Below, piece by piece: positions 30,164 through 40,484 of a DNA stretch of 64,000 nucleotides. The position numbers and the translations under genes were made by a program. The stretch is from positions 280,733 through 344,732 of the forward strand of contig CABZMF010000001.1 of NCBI GenBank assembly GCA_902526795.1. The letters run 5' to 3'. The notes below the pieces were generated by a model that worked only from the letters and a program-made list of their open reading frames with translations, did no database searches and was not told the DNA's origin. The DNA comes from an uncultured Fidelibacterota bacterium. Its GTDB lineage: Bacteria > Fidelibacterota > Marinisomatia > Marinisomatales > Marinisomataceae. The stretch's first letter is position 1, and every line of letters begins with the position of its first letter.

Positions 30164-30190
30164 AGCAATTAATTCAATTAATTTAAATGT

Positions 30191-30754
30191 ATGAGTACTA
30201 CAGCAGATATTAAAAATGGAGCAGTAATAAATTTTAAGGATACCCGAATGAAAATTATAGAATTCCAACATGTAAAACCTGGTAAAGGGCCAGCTTTTGT
30301 TAGAACAAAACTAAAAAATATTCAATCTGGTAAAATAATTGATCACACTTTTAATTCTGGAGCAAAAATAGAATTCATAAGGGTTACTTCCAGAAAATTT
30401 CAATACCTTTACAGAGATGGAGATAGTTTTGTTTTTATGGATCATAATACATATGAACAACTCAACGTAGATAAATTATTAATGGATAATGGATTTTTTT
30501 ATATTAAGGAAGGCGATAGTATAGAAATTTCTTTTGATAATGATGAGATAATTAGTTTACTTTTACCCTCAAAAACTATTCTTAAAGTAACTCAAACTGA
30601 TCCAGGTCATAAAGGTAACACAGCAACAAATGCATTAAAGCCAGCTGTCTTAGAAACAGGGTTAGAAGTTCAAGTTCCATTATTCATCAATGAAGGTGAT
30701 TTAGTCAAAATAGATACTAAGGATGGTTCTTACTCAGAAAGAGTAAAACAATAG
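30191..30754 (+). CDS. efp: Elongation factor P
   Basis: 'HVKPGKGPAFVRTKLKN' is present. Length is 187 aa. efp-accB-accC synteny is conserved. Confidence 0.95.
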   Translation: MSTTADIKNGAVINFKDTRMKIIEFQHVKPGKGPAFVRTKLKNIQSGKIIDHTFNSGAKIEFIRVTSRKFQYLYRDGDSFVFMDHNTYEQLNVDKLLMDNGFFYIKEGDSIEISFDNDEIISLLLPSKTILKVTQTDPGHKGNTATNALKPAVLETGLEVQVPLFINEGDLVKIDTKDGSYSERVKQ

Positions 30755-30758
30755 CTAA

Positions 30759-31229
30759 ATGTGGAAAGATAAAATAAAAGAAATTATTTATATGCTAGAA
30801 AATAGTGATATTAATGAAATTGAAGTAAGATTTTGGTTTAAAAAAATAAAGGTTACAAAAAAACCTCCTGTTTTAAATGTTGATCCATCTAAACTATCTT
30901 CTGAAAACCTAAATATTCCAAACCTGAACAAAGATATTTCTTCGAAAGAAAACTTGAATGAGCATAAAGATACTCATTCTGAAAATTTAATAGAAATTAA
31001 GTCTCCCATGCCTGGAACTTTTTATTCAGCTCCTGATCCTGAATCAACTTCTTTTGTAAATATAGGTGATAATGTTAATGCAGGCGATACAGTCTGTATT
31101 GTAGAAGCTATGAAAATTATGAATGAAATTCAGGTTGAAGAATCTGGTATTATTGAAGAGATTTTAGTTGATAATTCAAGCCCTGTTGAATTTGATCAAG
31201 TTCTATTCAAATTAAAACCATCTAATTAA
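30759..31229 (+). CDS. accB: Acetyl-CoA carboxylase biotin carboxyl carrier protein
   Basis: It has the biotinylation motif 'EAMKIMNEI'. Confidence 0.92.
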   Translation: MWKDKIKEIIYMLENSDINEIEVRFWFKKIKVTKKPPVLNVDPSKLSSENLNIPNLNKDISSKENLNEHKDTHSENLIEIKSPMPGTFYSAPDPESTSFVNIGDNVNAGDTVCIVEAMKIMNEIQVEESGIIEEILVDNSSPVEFDQVLFKLKPSN

Positions 31230-31231
31230 TC

Positions 31232-32599
31232 ATGTTCAAAAAAATTCTTATTGCAAATAGGGGTGAGATTGCTATCAGAGTAATTAGGGCATGTAATGAG
31301 ATGGGCATTAAAACAGTTGCGGTTTATTCTAAGACAGATAATAATTCATTACATGTAAAGTTTGCGGATGAAGCCATATGTATTGGGAAAGGTCCTGCTC
31401 TAGAAAGTTATCTCAATATTCCCAGAATCATTTCTGCTGGAGAAATTACCAATGCCGATGCTATTCATCCAGGTTATGGTTTTCTTGCTGAAAACGCACA
31501 GTTTAGTAAAATTTGCAAAGAAAATGGATTTACTTTTATTGGTCCAGACTCAGAGATTATTGATTTAATGGGTGATAAAGTAAATGCAAGAAATGCTGCA
31601 AAAAACGCAGGAGTCCCAATAATTCCAGGAAGCAATATTCTATCATCAATTGAAGAATTAAAAGAAATTGCTGAAAGAATAGGATATCCTGTAATGTTAA
31701 AAGCTGTTGCTGGTGGTGGTGGAAAAGGTATGCGAATTATTGATAATTCAAAAGAAGCAGAGAAAGGCTTTAATATTATTCAAAATGAAGCAGGAATGGC
31801 ATTTAATAATTCAGAAATTTATGTTGAAAAATTTATTGAAAATGGTCGCCACATTGAAGTTCAAGTATTATCTGACAAATTTGGTAATCATATTCATTTA
31901 GGTGAAAGAGAATGTTCTATTCAAAGAAGTAATCAAAAATTAATTGAGGAATCTCCATCACTTTTTGTAGATGATTTTTTAAGAAGTGAATTGACCTCTA
32001 ACGCTTTAAATTTAGCAAAAAAAGTAAACTATGTTGGTGTAGGAACAATTGAATTTTTGGTTGATGAAGAGAAAAATTTTTATTTTATTGAAATGAATAC
32101 AAGGATTCAGGTTGAGCATACTGTAACCGAAATGGTATATATGATAGATCTTATTAAAGAACAAATTAGAATACATTTTGGAGAAGTGTTACCTATTAAA
32201 CAGAAAGATATATCTATGAATGGTCATGCTATTGAATGCAGAATAAATGCAGAAGATCCTTTTAATGATTTTATTCCATCACCGAAGAAAATTGAGTCAT
32301 TGAATTTTGCTGGAGGCATAGGTGTAAGAATTGATTCATTCATTTATGCAGGATATCACATACCTACCAATTATGATTCGATGTTAGGAAAATTAATTGT
32401 TCATTCTTCTTCAAGGGAAAAAGCATTAATTAGGATGAAAAGAGCGCTTCAGGAAACCTTTATAGAAGGTCCAAAAACAACATTACCGCTTTTAAAAATT
32501 ATTTTTGAAAATAAAGACTTTAATAATGGAAATTTTGACATAAATTTTTTAGGTAAATTTCTAAAAAAAATAAAGGAAAAAGAAAATGAATCATCCTGA
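31232..32599 (+). CDS. accC: Acetyl-CoA carboxylase biotin carboxylase subunit
   Basis: 'GGGGKGMR', 'EMNTRIQVEH' and an ATP-grasp layout are present. Confidence 0.96.
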   Translation: MFKKILIANRGEIAIRVIRACNEMGIKTVAVYSKTDNNSLHVKFADEAICIGKGPALESYLNIPRIISAGEITNADAIHPGYGFLAENAQFSKICKENGFTFIGPDSEIIDLMGDKVNARNAAKNAGVPIIPGSNILSSIEELKEIAERIGYPVMLKAVAGGGGKGMRIIDNSKEAEKGFNIIQNEAGMAFNNSEIYVEKFIENGRHIEVQVLSDKFGNHIHLGERECSIQRSNQKLIEESPSLFVDDFLRSELTSNALNLAKKVNYVGVGTIEFLVDEEKNFYFIEMNTRIQVEHTVTEMVYMIDLIKEQIRIHFGEVLPIKQKDISMNGHAIECRINAEDPFNDFIPSPKKIESLNFAGGIGVRIDSFIYAGYHIPTNYDSMLGKLIVHSSSREKALIRMKRALQETFIEGPKTTLPLLKIIFENKDFNNGNFDINFLGKFLKKIKEKENESS

Positions 32600-32963
32600 T
32601 AACTTAATGTATACTTCAGAACATGAATGGGTAAAAATTGAAGATAATATAGCAACGGTTGGTATTACTGATTTTGCACAAGGTGAACTTGGAGATATTA
32701 TTTTTTTAGAGTTTCCTGAAGTTGAAGAAACATTTAATGAAGGGGATGTTTTTGGCACCATAGAAGCAGTAAAGACTGTATCTGACTTATTTATGCCAGT
32801 TTCTGGAAAAATTGTTGAAGTTAATGAAGCATTAAATGATGACCCTGAAAATGTCAATTCAAGCCCATATGATGGAGGTTGGATGGTTAAAATTGAATTA
32901 TCCCCAAAGTCTGATAAAGATTCGTTGCTTGATTCAAAATCATATGTTGAAATGATTAGTTAA
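32586..32963 (+). CDS. gcvH: Glycine cleavage system H protein
   Basis: It has the lipoylation site 'IEAVKTVSD'. Length is 125 aa. Confidence 0.92.
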   Translation: MNHPDNLMYTSEHEWVKIEDNIATVGITDFAQGELGDIIFLEFPEVEETFNEGDVFGTIEAVKTVSDLFMPVSGKIVEVNEALNDDPENVNSSPYDGGWMVKIELSPKSDKDSLLDSKSYVEMIS

Positions 32964-32965
32964 AC

Positions 32966-33874
32966 ATGCTTAAAAACTTAGAGCATTTCGTTCAGGTTTT
33001 AAAAATTGAAAAAAATTATTCTTCAAATACGATTGTTTCATATTTATCTGACTTAAAATCTTTCGAAAAATATTTATTAAAAAGAAAAATTACGTTCAAA
33101 CAAGTAGCTGATAAATCTGAACTAGTTAAAAAGTATTTTAGATACTTGAGTAGAAGCAAAATTTCGTCCAGTTCAATTAAAAGAAAATTTTCATCACTTT
33201 CTTCATATTTTTCATATCTCATTGACAGAAGAATAATAAAAAGAAATCCATTAAACGGAGTTTACACACCAAAGTTAGCAAAAAAATTACCTACTGTATT
33301 GACAGTAGATGAAATAAAGAAAATATTTAAACAGTCTGAGAATACGGATAATGAATTACTTGGTTTAAGGGATAGATGTATAATTGAATTACTTTACTCA
33401 TGCGGTTTAAGAGTAAGTGAATTATGTGATTTGAAAATAAATAACATTCAGTTTGATTTAAACGTAATACGGTTTTTCGGTAAGGGAAATAAAGAAAGAA
33501 TAATTCCATTAACATTTTACGCAAAAGAATGGATTGAAAAGTATTTATATCAATCTAGACAAATACTCTCAAACAGAAAGGCATCTGAGCAGAAATATGT
33601 TTTTTTAAGTAATAATGGAAAAAGATTAACTCGGGCAGCAATTTGGCAGTCTATTAAAAAGTATGTTAATGCTGCTGGTATTACTAAGACTGTCTCTCCA
33701 CATACTTTTAGACATTCCTTTGCAACTCATCTTGTAGATGGAGGAGCAAATTTAATTGAAATACAAAAATTACTTGGTCATTCAGATATATCAACTACAG
33801 AAATATATGTTCATCTATCAAAAGAGTTTATTGACAGTGAATACATGAAAGCTTTTGATAAAAAAAAGAATTAA
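32966..33874 (+). CDS. xerD: Tyrosine site-specific recombinase, XerC/XerD type
   Basis: 'GLRVSEL', 'HTFRHSFATHL' and 'LGHSDISTTEIYVH' supply the R-H-R-Y catalytic residues. Confidence 0.8.
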   Translation: MLKNLEHFVQVLKIEKNYSSNTIVSYLSDLKSFEKYLLKRKITFKQVADKSELVKKYFRYLSRSKISSSSIKRKFSSLSSYFSYLIDRRIIKRNPLNGVYTPKLAKKLPTVLTVDEIKKIFKQSENTDNELLGLRDRCIIELLYSCGLRVSELCDLKINNIQFDLNVIRFFGKGNKERIIPLTFYAKEWIEKYLYQSRQILSNRKASEQKYVFLSNNGKRLTRAAIWQSIKKYVNAAGITKTVSPHTFRHSFATHLVDGGANLIEIQKLLGHSDISTTEIYVHLSKEFIDSEYMKAFDKKKN

Positions 33875-33887
33875 TTATCTTTAACAT

Positions 33888-34508
33888 ATGGGAATAGCAA
33901 GTTTACCTTTAGAAATACAATTGATTTTGGTGCCTACGATCTTGTTTGCACTCACTTTTCATGAATATGCTCACGCAAGAGTAGCATATCTTCTTGGAGA
34001 TTATACTTCATATTATCAGAATAGAATGAACCTAAATCCTTTTAATCATTTAGACCCATTTGGAACTTTTGCACTATATTTTCTTGGGTTTGGGTGGGCT
34101 AAACCAGTACCTGTCCTAATGCAAAATCTTAAAAACCCAAGGTCTGATATGATGTTAATTGCTATGGCTGGACCTGCATCAAATATGTTTCTTGCATTTG
34201 TAGCATCTATAATTTATCGTTTAAATTTTTATCTTCAGTTAAGCGAGGAGGTTATTTTCCCGTTAGAAATATTTATACAAATAAATATAGTTTTGGCTAT
34301 TTTTAATTTATTACCATTAAATCCTTTAGATGGATCAAGAATTCTACCATTAATTGTTAAAGATCCAAGAACATTATATAATATTGAAGTTTATGGACCA
34401 AGAATTTTAATTGGTCTCATAATTTTAAATTTGATTGGTATTCCTATTTTATCTACAATTATTTTAACTCCCGTTTCAATTATTTTTCATTTATTAACCG
34501 GTACATAA
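33888..34508 (+). CDS. Site-2 protease family (peptidase M50) membrane metalloprotease
   Basis: 'HEYAHA' lies in a TM segment and 'NLLPLNPLDGSR' is the second motif. Confidence 0.85.
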   Translation: MGIASLPLEIQLILVPTILFALTFHEYAHARVAYLLGDYTSYYQNRMNLNPFNHLDPFGTFALYFLGFGWAKPVPVLMQNLKNPRSDMMLIAMAGPASNMFLAFVASIIYRLNFYLQLSEEVIFPLEIFIQINIVLAIFNLLPLNPLDGSRILPLIVKDPRTLYNIEVYGPRILIGLIILNLIGIPILSTIILTPVSIIFHLLTGT

Positions 34509-34509
34509 T

Positions 34510-35418
34510 ATGAAAAAGATTTTTTCAATTTTTGGTCCAACTGGAATTGGAAAATCTAGTTTAGCAATAGAATTAGCCAAAAAGAGTAACGGCGAAATCA
34601 TTGGTGTTGATTCTAGGCAGATTTATAAAGGAATTGCAGTAGGTACTGCTCAACCTAGCCCCACGCAAATAGAAAGAATTCAACATCACTTAATAGGTAT
34701 TAAGGAATTAAATGAAAAAATATCTGCTGGAGAATACATCACATTGATTGATGAAAAAATCGATCAAATTTTATCAGAAGGTAAAACACCAATTCTTTGT
34801 GGTGGGACTGGTCTTTATTTTAAATCGTTGATTGAAGGTATCTTTGAAGGTAGTCATACAAATGAAAAAATAAGAAATAGTTTAGAAGAAGAGTACGAAA
34901 TAAATAAAGAAAAATTATATGAAAGACTTCAAAAATTTGACCCTAATTATGCTACCAAAGTTCACATAAATAATAAAAAAAGGTTAGTCAGAGCGCTTGA
35001 AATTTTTAAAACAACAGGAAAAACAATGTCTGAAAATTTTGATTTAATTCCCAAAACCAGTAAATATGCAGATAATTATTACTTTGTTTATTTAAGAATG
35101 AATAATGAATTATTACATCCTCGAATTTATAAAAGAATAGGTGTTATGATCGAAGATGGTATGGTAAATGAAGTTCAAAAAATATTAAGTAACAAAATAG
35201 ATATTTCACATATTAATTATATTGGTTTTAAAGAATTATCGTCTTTTCTTAATGATAAAATTTCAATAAATGATGCTATTGAAAGTATATTTATTAGAAC
35301 AAGACAGTATGCAAAACGACAAAAAAAATGGTTTAATTCAAATAGTTATGATTTATCATTTGATTTAGATAAAGTTTCTGAAAATGATATTGTTGATAAA
35401 TTGATTCAAATAAACTAA
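34510..35418 (+). CDS. miaA: tRNA dimethylallyltransferase
   Basis: P-loop 'GPTGIGKS', 'VDSRQIYKG' and 'GGTGLY' are present. Confidence 0.93.
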   Translation: MKKIFSIFGPTGIGKSSLAIELAKKSNGEIIGVDSRQIYKGIAVGTAQPSPTQIERIQHHLIGIKELNEKISAGEYITLIDEKIDQILSEGKTPILCGGTGLYFKSLIEGIFEGSHTNEKIRNSLEEEYEINKEKLYERLQKFDPNYATKVHINNKKRLVRALEIFKTTGKTMSENFDLIPKTSKYADNYYFVYLRMNNELLHPRIYKRIGVMIEDGMVNEVQKILSNKIDISHINYIGFKELSSFLNDKISINDAIESIFIRTRQYAKRQKKWFNSNSYDLSFDLDKVSENDIVDKLIQIN

Positions 35419-35443
35419 TTTTCGCAAACATTTGGAGAATTAA

Positions 35444-36370
35444 ATGCTAAAAAGCAAACATCTTATAGGTCTTGAACATTTTCCAACCTCTGATTTAAAT
35501 AAAATAATTGACACTTCTTTTAAATTCAAAGATATCCTTAAGACCGAAGACAGAAAAGCTATTTTACTTAAAGGCAAAACCATCGTTAACATGTTTTTTG
35601 AAAATTCAACTAGAACAAAAATTAGCTTTTCATTGGCTGAAAAAAGACTTGGTGCAGATAGTATTAATTTCTCTGCTTCAACAAGTAGTGTAAAAAAAGG
35701 CGAAACTTTAAAGGATACTGTACAAAATATAGAATCAATGAAGATAGATGGTGCTGTTATTAGGCATGGAGACCCTGGATCTGCATTAAAGCTAACTGAA
35801 TATATTGATGGATCAGTTATCAATGCAGGAGATGGTTCTCATGAACATCCAACTCAAGCTATTTTAGATATGGTTACTTTAAAAGAAAAGTTTGGAAAAA
35901 TAAATGGTCTTAAGATTGGTATAATTGGAGACATTTTAAATAGCAGAGTTGCAAGAAGTGATATTTTTGCTTTAAAAAAACTTGGAGCTGAAATTGTTGT
36001 TTGCGGACCAAGTACTTTACTTCCGAGTGATGCAAAAAAATTAGGAATAAATATTACATATAACTTGAATGAAGTTTTGAAATGGTGTGATGCTGTAATT
36101 GCTTTACGTATTCAATTAGAAAGAATGCATTTAGGAAGAATTCCTTCAAAAAGAGAATATCATAGTGAATTTGGATTGACTTTTGAAAGAATAAGTAAGT
36201 TAAAGAAAGATATTGTTATAATGCACCCTGGTCCAATGAATAGAGGTGTTGAAATTGATAGTAAAGTTGCTGACTCTGATAATGCTGTTATTCTTGATCA
36301 AGTATTAAATGGAGTCGCATCTAGAATGTCTATTCTTTATTTATTGCTTGGCGAAGGAGGTATGAAATAA
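35444..36370 (+). CDS. pyrB: Aspartate carbamoyltransferase catalytic subunit
   Basis: 'NSTRTKISF', 'HEHPTQA' and 'HPGP' are present. Confidence 0.94.
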   Translation: MLKSKHLIGLEHFPTSDLNKIIDTSFKFKDILKTEDRKAILLKGKTIVNMFFENSTRTKISFSLAEKRLGADSINFSASTSSVKKGETLKDTVQNIESMKIDGAVIRHGDPGSALKLTEYIDGSVINAGDGSHEHPTQAILDMVTLKEKFGKINGLKIGIIGDILNSRVARSDIFALKKLGAEIVVCGPSTLLPSDAKKLGINITYNLNEVLKWCDAVIALRIQLERMHLGRIPSKREYHSEFGLTFERISKLKKDIVIMHPGPMNRGVEIDSKVADSDNAVILDQVLNGVASRMSILYLLLGEGGMK

Positions 36371-37665
36371 TGATTCCAAGTAAAAGTACAAGAAAAGTTT
36401 TATTAAAGTCAGGCAGAATTATAGATCCTTTTTCTAAGAAAACATTCATTGGAGATATCCTCATCGAAAATGGAAAAATTGCTAAAATTGGCGAAAAAAT
36501 ACAATCAAAAGGTAAAGACTTTAATATTGTAGATTGTAAAGGATTAATTGTAACTCATGGTTTTTGTGATATTCATGCTCATTTCAGAGAACCTGGAAGG
36601 GAAGATAAAGAAACCTTAGAGTCTGGTTCTTATGCAGCCCTTGGCGGTGGATTTACACAAGTATGTACAATGGCAAATACCGACCCAACAATTGACTCGC
36701 CTGAACACATTTATTATGTAGTAAGTAAAAGCTCAAAACTTCCAATAGATATTTTTCCTATAGGCGCTGTTTCGAAGGGTTTAAAAGGTGAAGATCTTAC
36801 TGAAATGTTATTAATGCAAAAAAATGGAGCGATAGCTTTTAGCGACGATGGTATGCCAATTCAAAATGCTCAATTTATGAAACTTGCCTTGACGTACGCG
36901 AAAATGCTCAATGTTCCAATTATGAACCATGCTGAAGATATTTTTTTAAGAAATAATGGAGTAATGAATGCATCTTCAACATCAAATAATTTAGGACTTA
37001 AAGGTAATACTAGTTTAGCAGAAGCTGTAATGGTTTATAGAGATTTATTATTAGCTCAATCATTAAGTTCAAAACTCCATTTACTTCACATATCTACAAA
37101 AGAGACAGTTGAATTATTAAAAAAATTTAAAAATAAAAATTCACCAATTACTGCCGAAGTATCTCCTCATCACCTTTTTTTTATTGATGAGGATGTAAAT
37201 AAATTTGATACAATGATTAAAGTTGCTCCTCCTGTAAGAGGAAAGGATGATAGAAAAGCATTAATCGAGGGAATAAAGTCTGGTCTTATTGATTGTATTG
37301 CAACCGATCATGCTCCTCACACGATTGAAGATAAGGAAACTACTTTTAATGATGCAGAATTTGGAATGATAGGACTTGAATCCTGTTTTGGTGCCGTAAA
37401 TAAGGTCTTAGTAAAGGAGAATGGTATGAGTTTAAAATCTTTAATTGAAAAACTTACTGTAAATCCAAGAAAAGTAATGAGCTTAGAACAGAATTTATTC
37501 TCTATCGGATGCAAAGCACAAATTACTGTTTTGAACCCCAATGAAAAATGGACTTTCAAAAATGAACACATTTTATCAAAATCATCTAATTCCCCATTTT
37601 TAGGAAAAGAGCTAATTGGTAGAGTGAAATATGTCGTTTCAAAAAATCAATTTTTCTCATTATAA
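36370..37665 (+). CDS. pyrC: Dihydroorotase (class I, about 430 aa)
   Basis: 'CDIHAHFREPG' and 'ATDHAPH' are present. It is coupled to pyrB. Confidence 0.9.
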   Translation: MIPSKSTRKVLLKSGRIIDPFSKKTFIGDILIENGKIAKIGEKIQSKGKDFNIVDCKGLIVTHGFCDIHAHFREPGREDKETLESGSYAALGGGFTQVCTMANTDPTIDSPEHIYYVVSKSSKLPIDIFPIGAVSKGLKGEDLTEMLLMQKNGAIAFSDDGMPIQNAQFMKLALTYAKMLNVPIMNHAEDIFLRNNGVMNASSTSNNLGLKGNTSLAEAVMVYRDLLLAQSLSSKLHLLHISTKETVELLKKFKNKNSPITAEVSPHHLFFIDEDVNKFDTMIKVAPPVRGKDDRKALIEGIKSGLIDCIATDHAPHTIEDKETTFNDAEFGMIGLESCFGAVNKVLVKENGMSLKSLIEKLTVNPRKVMSLEQNLFSIGCKAQITVLNPNEKWTFKNEHILSKSSNSPFLGKELIGRVKYVVSKNQFFSL

Positions 37666-37682
37666 AATCCCTATTTTAATCA

Positions 37683-37711
37683 TTGACTAATGAGAACACA
37701 TCGTTTAAGTT
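37683..37711 (+). promoter_or_regulatory. Putative sigma-70 type promoter of the rplM-rpsI-rpsB-tsf-frr operon
   Basis: TTGACT, then 17 nt, then TAAGTT, in the 46-nt gap after pyrC. Confidence 0.35.
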
Positions 37712-37732
37712 TTGAAGCATTTTTATAAAATT

Positions 37733-38170
37733 ATGAATAAGATGACAAAAACAATATCTGGAAAGAACGTTAGCCAGCAGTGGTGGTTATTTGACGCATC
37801 GGACAAGGTGCTAGGAAGATTTGCATCTGAAGTTGCGCAGGTCCTTAGAGGTAAGCACCGTCCAGACTATTCTCCTAATATTTATATGGGTGATGCTGTT
37901 ATTATAGTTAATGCTGATAAAATAAGAATCACTGGAAATAAATCTGAATCAAAAAAATATTTTAGACATTCAGGCTATCCTGGTGGAGTTAAATATGCAA
38001 GCTTTAACGACTTGATGAAAAATGATTCAGACAAAGTTCTTTTGAGTGCCGTTAAAGGTATGTTACCAAAAAATAAGCTTGGAAGGGAAATTTCAAAGCA
38101 TATTAGAATTTATAAAGATACAAATCACGGTCATGAAGCTCAGCAACCAAAAGAATGGAGTTCTAATTGA
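37733..38170 (+). CDS. rplM: 50S ribosomal protein L13
   Basis: 'QQWWLFDASDKVLGRFAS' is present. The start is ambiguous (ATG 37733 or 37742). The TTG at 37712 in the ORF track overlaps the putative -10. Confidence 0.93.
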   Translation: MNKMTKTISGKNVSQQWWLFDASDKVLGRFASEVAQVLRGKHRPDYSPNIYMGDAVIIVNADKIRITGNKSESKKYFRHSGYPGGVKYASFNDLMKNDSDKVLLSAVKGMLPKNKLGREISKHIRIYKDTNHGHEAQQPKEWSSN

Positions 38171-38568
38171 TGAACAATGAATTTTATAATGGCGTTGGAA
38201 GAAGAAAAAATTCTATAGCAAGAGTTTATATTAAAGATGGGAAGGGAAAATTTTCGATAAACAACGTTTCTAATGATATAAATACATATTTAAAAAGGGA
38301 ATCCCTTGTCATTCATGCAGTTAAACCACTAGAGGTCTTAAATCTAAAAGACAAATATGATATAAAAATTAATGTTGATGGTGGTGGATTAACTGGACAA
38401 GCAGGAGCAATACAATTAGGAATTGCAAGAGCTTTATTAAAAATAGACAAAGACTTTAGATCTCAGCTTAAATCACATGGACTATTAACTAGAGATGCAA
38501 GAGAAGTTGAAAGAAAAAAATACGGTCAACCGGGAGCCAGAAAAAAGTTCCAATTTTCAAAAAGATAA
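38170..38568 (+). CDS. rpsI: 30S ribosomal protein S9
   Basis: 'GGGLTGQAGA' and a C-terminal 'KKFQFSKR' are present. The ATG overlaps the rplM TGA. Confidence 0.95.
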   Translation: MNNEFYNGVGRRKNSIARVYIKDGKGKFSINNVSNDINTYLKRESLVIHAVKPLEVLNLKDKYDIKINVDGGGLTGQAGAIQLGIARALLKIDKDFRSQLKSHGLLTRDAREVERKKYGQPGARKKFQFSKR

Positions 38569-38572
38569 AAAT

Positions 38573-39307
38573 ATGCAAAAAGTCACCAAAGAGGATTTAC
38601 TTAATTCAGGAGCACATTTTGGACATGTCAGCAGCAAAACTGATCCAAACTTTAAAGACTTTGTTGTTTCTCAAAAAAATGGTATTGATATAATTAATTT
38701 AGATGATACTTTAAATGGGCTAGATAAAGCTTCAAATTTTATATCCAAGATTGTTCAAAGAAATGGAGAAATTCTTTTTGTTGGTACTAAAAAACATGCC
38801 AAAGATGTTATACAGCAGGAAGCAGACAGATGTGGAATGTTTTATGTTGTCGAAAGATGGTTAGGGGGTACATTAACTAATTTTTCTACAATTAAAAAAA
38901 GTATCAAAAGATTACATTCTCTAGAAAAAGATGGATCTGCAATTTTTGAAGATCTCACAAAAAAAGAAATTTTACAGTTGAACAGAGAAAAAATTAAGCT
39001 TTCAGACCAGCATAGAGGTATTAAAGATATGAAAAAGCTTCCTAGCGCTATTGTTATAGTTGATGGAAAGACTGAATCTATTGCAATCCAAGAAGCAAAA
39101 AAACTTGAAATTCCAATTATTTGTATTGTTGATTCAAATACTGACCCATTACTTTGCGATTATCCAATTCCTGCAAATGACGATTCAATTAGGACTATCC
39201 AATTAATTGTCAATGAAATCGCAAATATTATTATTTCTTCTAGTAAAAAAGACGATGATAAATCTGATAACGCTACAGACGATCCAGTAGTTAAAAAGGA
39301 TAAGTAA
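38573..39307 (+). CDS. rpsB: 30S ribosomal protein S2
   Basis: 'LLNSGAHFGH' is present. I prefer the start at the 27th codon of the track ORF (MQKVTKEDLL), because the longer form overlaps rpsI. Confidence 0.93.
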   Translation: MQKVTKEDLLNSGAHFGHVSSKTDPNFKDFVVSQKNGIDIINLDDTLNGLDKASNFISKIVQRNGEILFVGTKKHAKDVIQQEADRCGMFYVVERWLGGTLTNFSTIKKSIKRLHSLEKDGSAIFEDLTKKEILQLNREKIKLSDQHRGIKDMKKLPSAIVIVDGKTESIAIQEAKKLEIPIICIVDSNTDPLLCDYPIPANDDSIRTIQLIVNEIANIIISSSKKDDDKSDNATDDPVVKKDK

Positions 39308-39904
39308 ATGAGTGTAGATGCAAAGTTAGTCAAGACTTTAAGAGAAAGAACTGGTGCTGGAATGATGGATTGTAAGAAAGCATTAGTTGAAGCAAAGGGT
39401 GATCTTGATTCTGCGGTTGATTTTTTAAGAAAAGCAGGAATCGCAAAAGCAGAAAAAAAATCGTCAAGAGCAGCCAACGAGGGAATAATTTTTTCCTATA
39501 TTCATCATGGAAACAAGTTAGGTGTATTAGTTGAATTATGTTGCGAAACAGATTTTGTAGCTAAAACAGATGGATTTAACGATTTAGCTGCATCAATAGC
39601 TATGCAAGTTGCAGCATCTAACCCTATTGCTATAGATGAATCTGGGATAGCTCAAGAGATTTTGGATAAAGAAAAAGAAATTTTTATGGAACAGGCTAAA
39701 TCATCTGGAAAGCCTGACAATGTCATTCAAAAAATAGTAGATGGAAAGTTAAACAAGTTTATTGAAGATAATTGTCTAATCAATCAATCTTTTGTAAAAA
39801 ATCCTGATATGACTATATCTCAACTTGTTCAAGAAGCTGTAGCAAAACTTGGTGAGAACATTACGATAAGCAGATTCGTTAGATTTGCTCTTGGTGAACA
39901 ATAA
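39308..39904 (+). CDS. tsf: Elongation factor Ts (short form)
   Basis: 'LRERTGAGMMDCKKAL' is present. Confidence 0.93.
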   Translation: MSVDAKLVKTLRERTGAGMMDCKKALVEAKGDLDSAVDFLRKAGIAKAEKKSSRAANEGIIFSYIHHGNKLGVLVELCCETDFVAKTDGFNDLAASIAMQVAASNPIAIDESGIAQEILDKEKEIFMEQAKSSGKPDNVIQKIVDGKLNKFIEDNCLINQSFVKNPDMTISQLVQEAVAKLGENITISRFVRFALGEQ

Positions 39905-39917
39905 ATTGAGTTAAAAA

Positions 39918-40475
39918 ATGTTAAATCAAAGTATCGACTCAGCCAGATCTAAAATGGAACAAACTATTTCTTTTGTAACAAGTGAAATCAGTAAAATAAG
40001 AACTGGAAGAGCAAATACAGGAATTTTTAATAATATATTGGTTAATTATTATGATAATGATACACCTCTGAATCAAATTGCAAATATAGCAGCTTTAGAT
40101 GCAATTACGATTAGTATACAACCTTTTGATAAAACTGTTATTGATGATATTGAAAAGGCCATATTGGAGTCCGATTTAGGTTTTAATCCAACTAATAATG
40201 GCAATAGTATAATGATTACTTTTCCGCCCTTATCTGCAGAAAGAAGACAAGAATTAGTTAAGGTGTCTTCGAAAATTATTGAAGATGGTAGGATATCAGT
40301 TCGTAATATCAGAAGAGAAATTATTCAGTCTGCTAAACGTATTGAAGATGAACAAAATATTTCAGAAGATAATATGAAAAATTTCATGGATGACATTCAA
40401 GATGTTACCGATTCTTTTATCAATAAGCTAAATTCTATTCAAAAAGAAAAAGAAGTAGAAATATTAGATAACTAA
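39918..40475 (+). CDS. frr: Ribosome recycling factor
   Basis: Length is 185 aa. 'KIRTGRAN' and 'PPLSAERRQELVK' are present. Confidence 0.93.
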   Translation: MLNQSIDSARSKMEQTISFVTSEISKIRTGRANTGIFNNILVNYYDNDTPLNQIANIAALDAITISIQPFDKTVIDDIEKAILESDLGFNPTNNGNSIMITFPPLSAERRQELVKVSSKIIEDGRISVRNIRREIIQSAKRIEDEQNISEDNMKNFMDDIQDVTDSFINKLNSIQKEKEVEILDN

Positions 40476-40484
40476 GTTATTTAC

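Noticed and set aside
32966-33874. The tyrosine recombinase as a marker of an integrated mobile element.
   Set aside because: Its sequence and size are typical of housekeeping XerC/XerD. It is embedded between gcvH and a site-2 protease/miaA, with 2-13 nt gaps. I noticed no flanking tRNA, direct repeats, or phage or transposon genes.
39904-39918. Absence of pyrH between tsf and frr, as a possible deletion scar.
   Set aside because: The 13-nt junction is clean, with no remnant ORF. Variation in gene order at this locus is common, and pyrH is presumably elsewhere.
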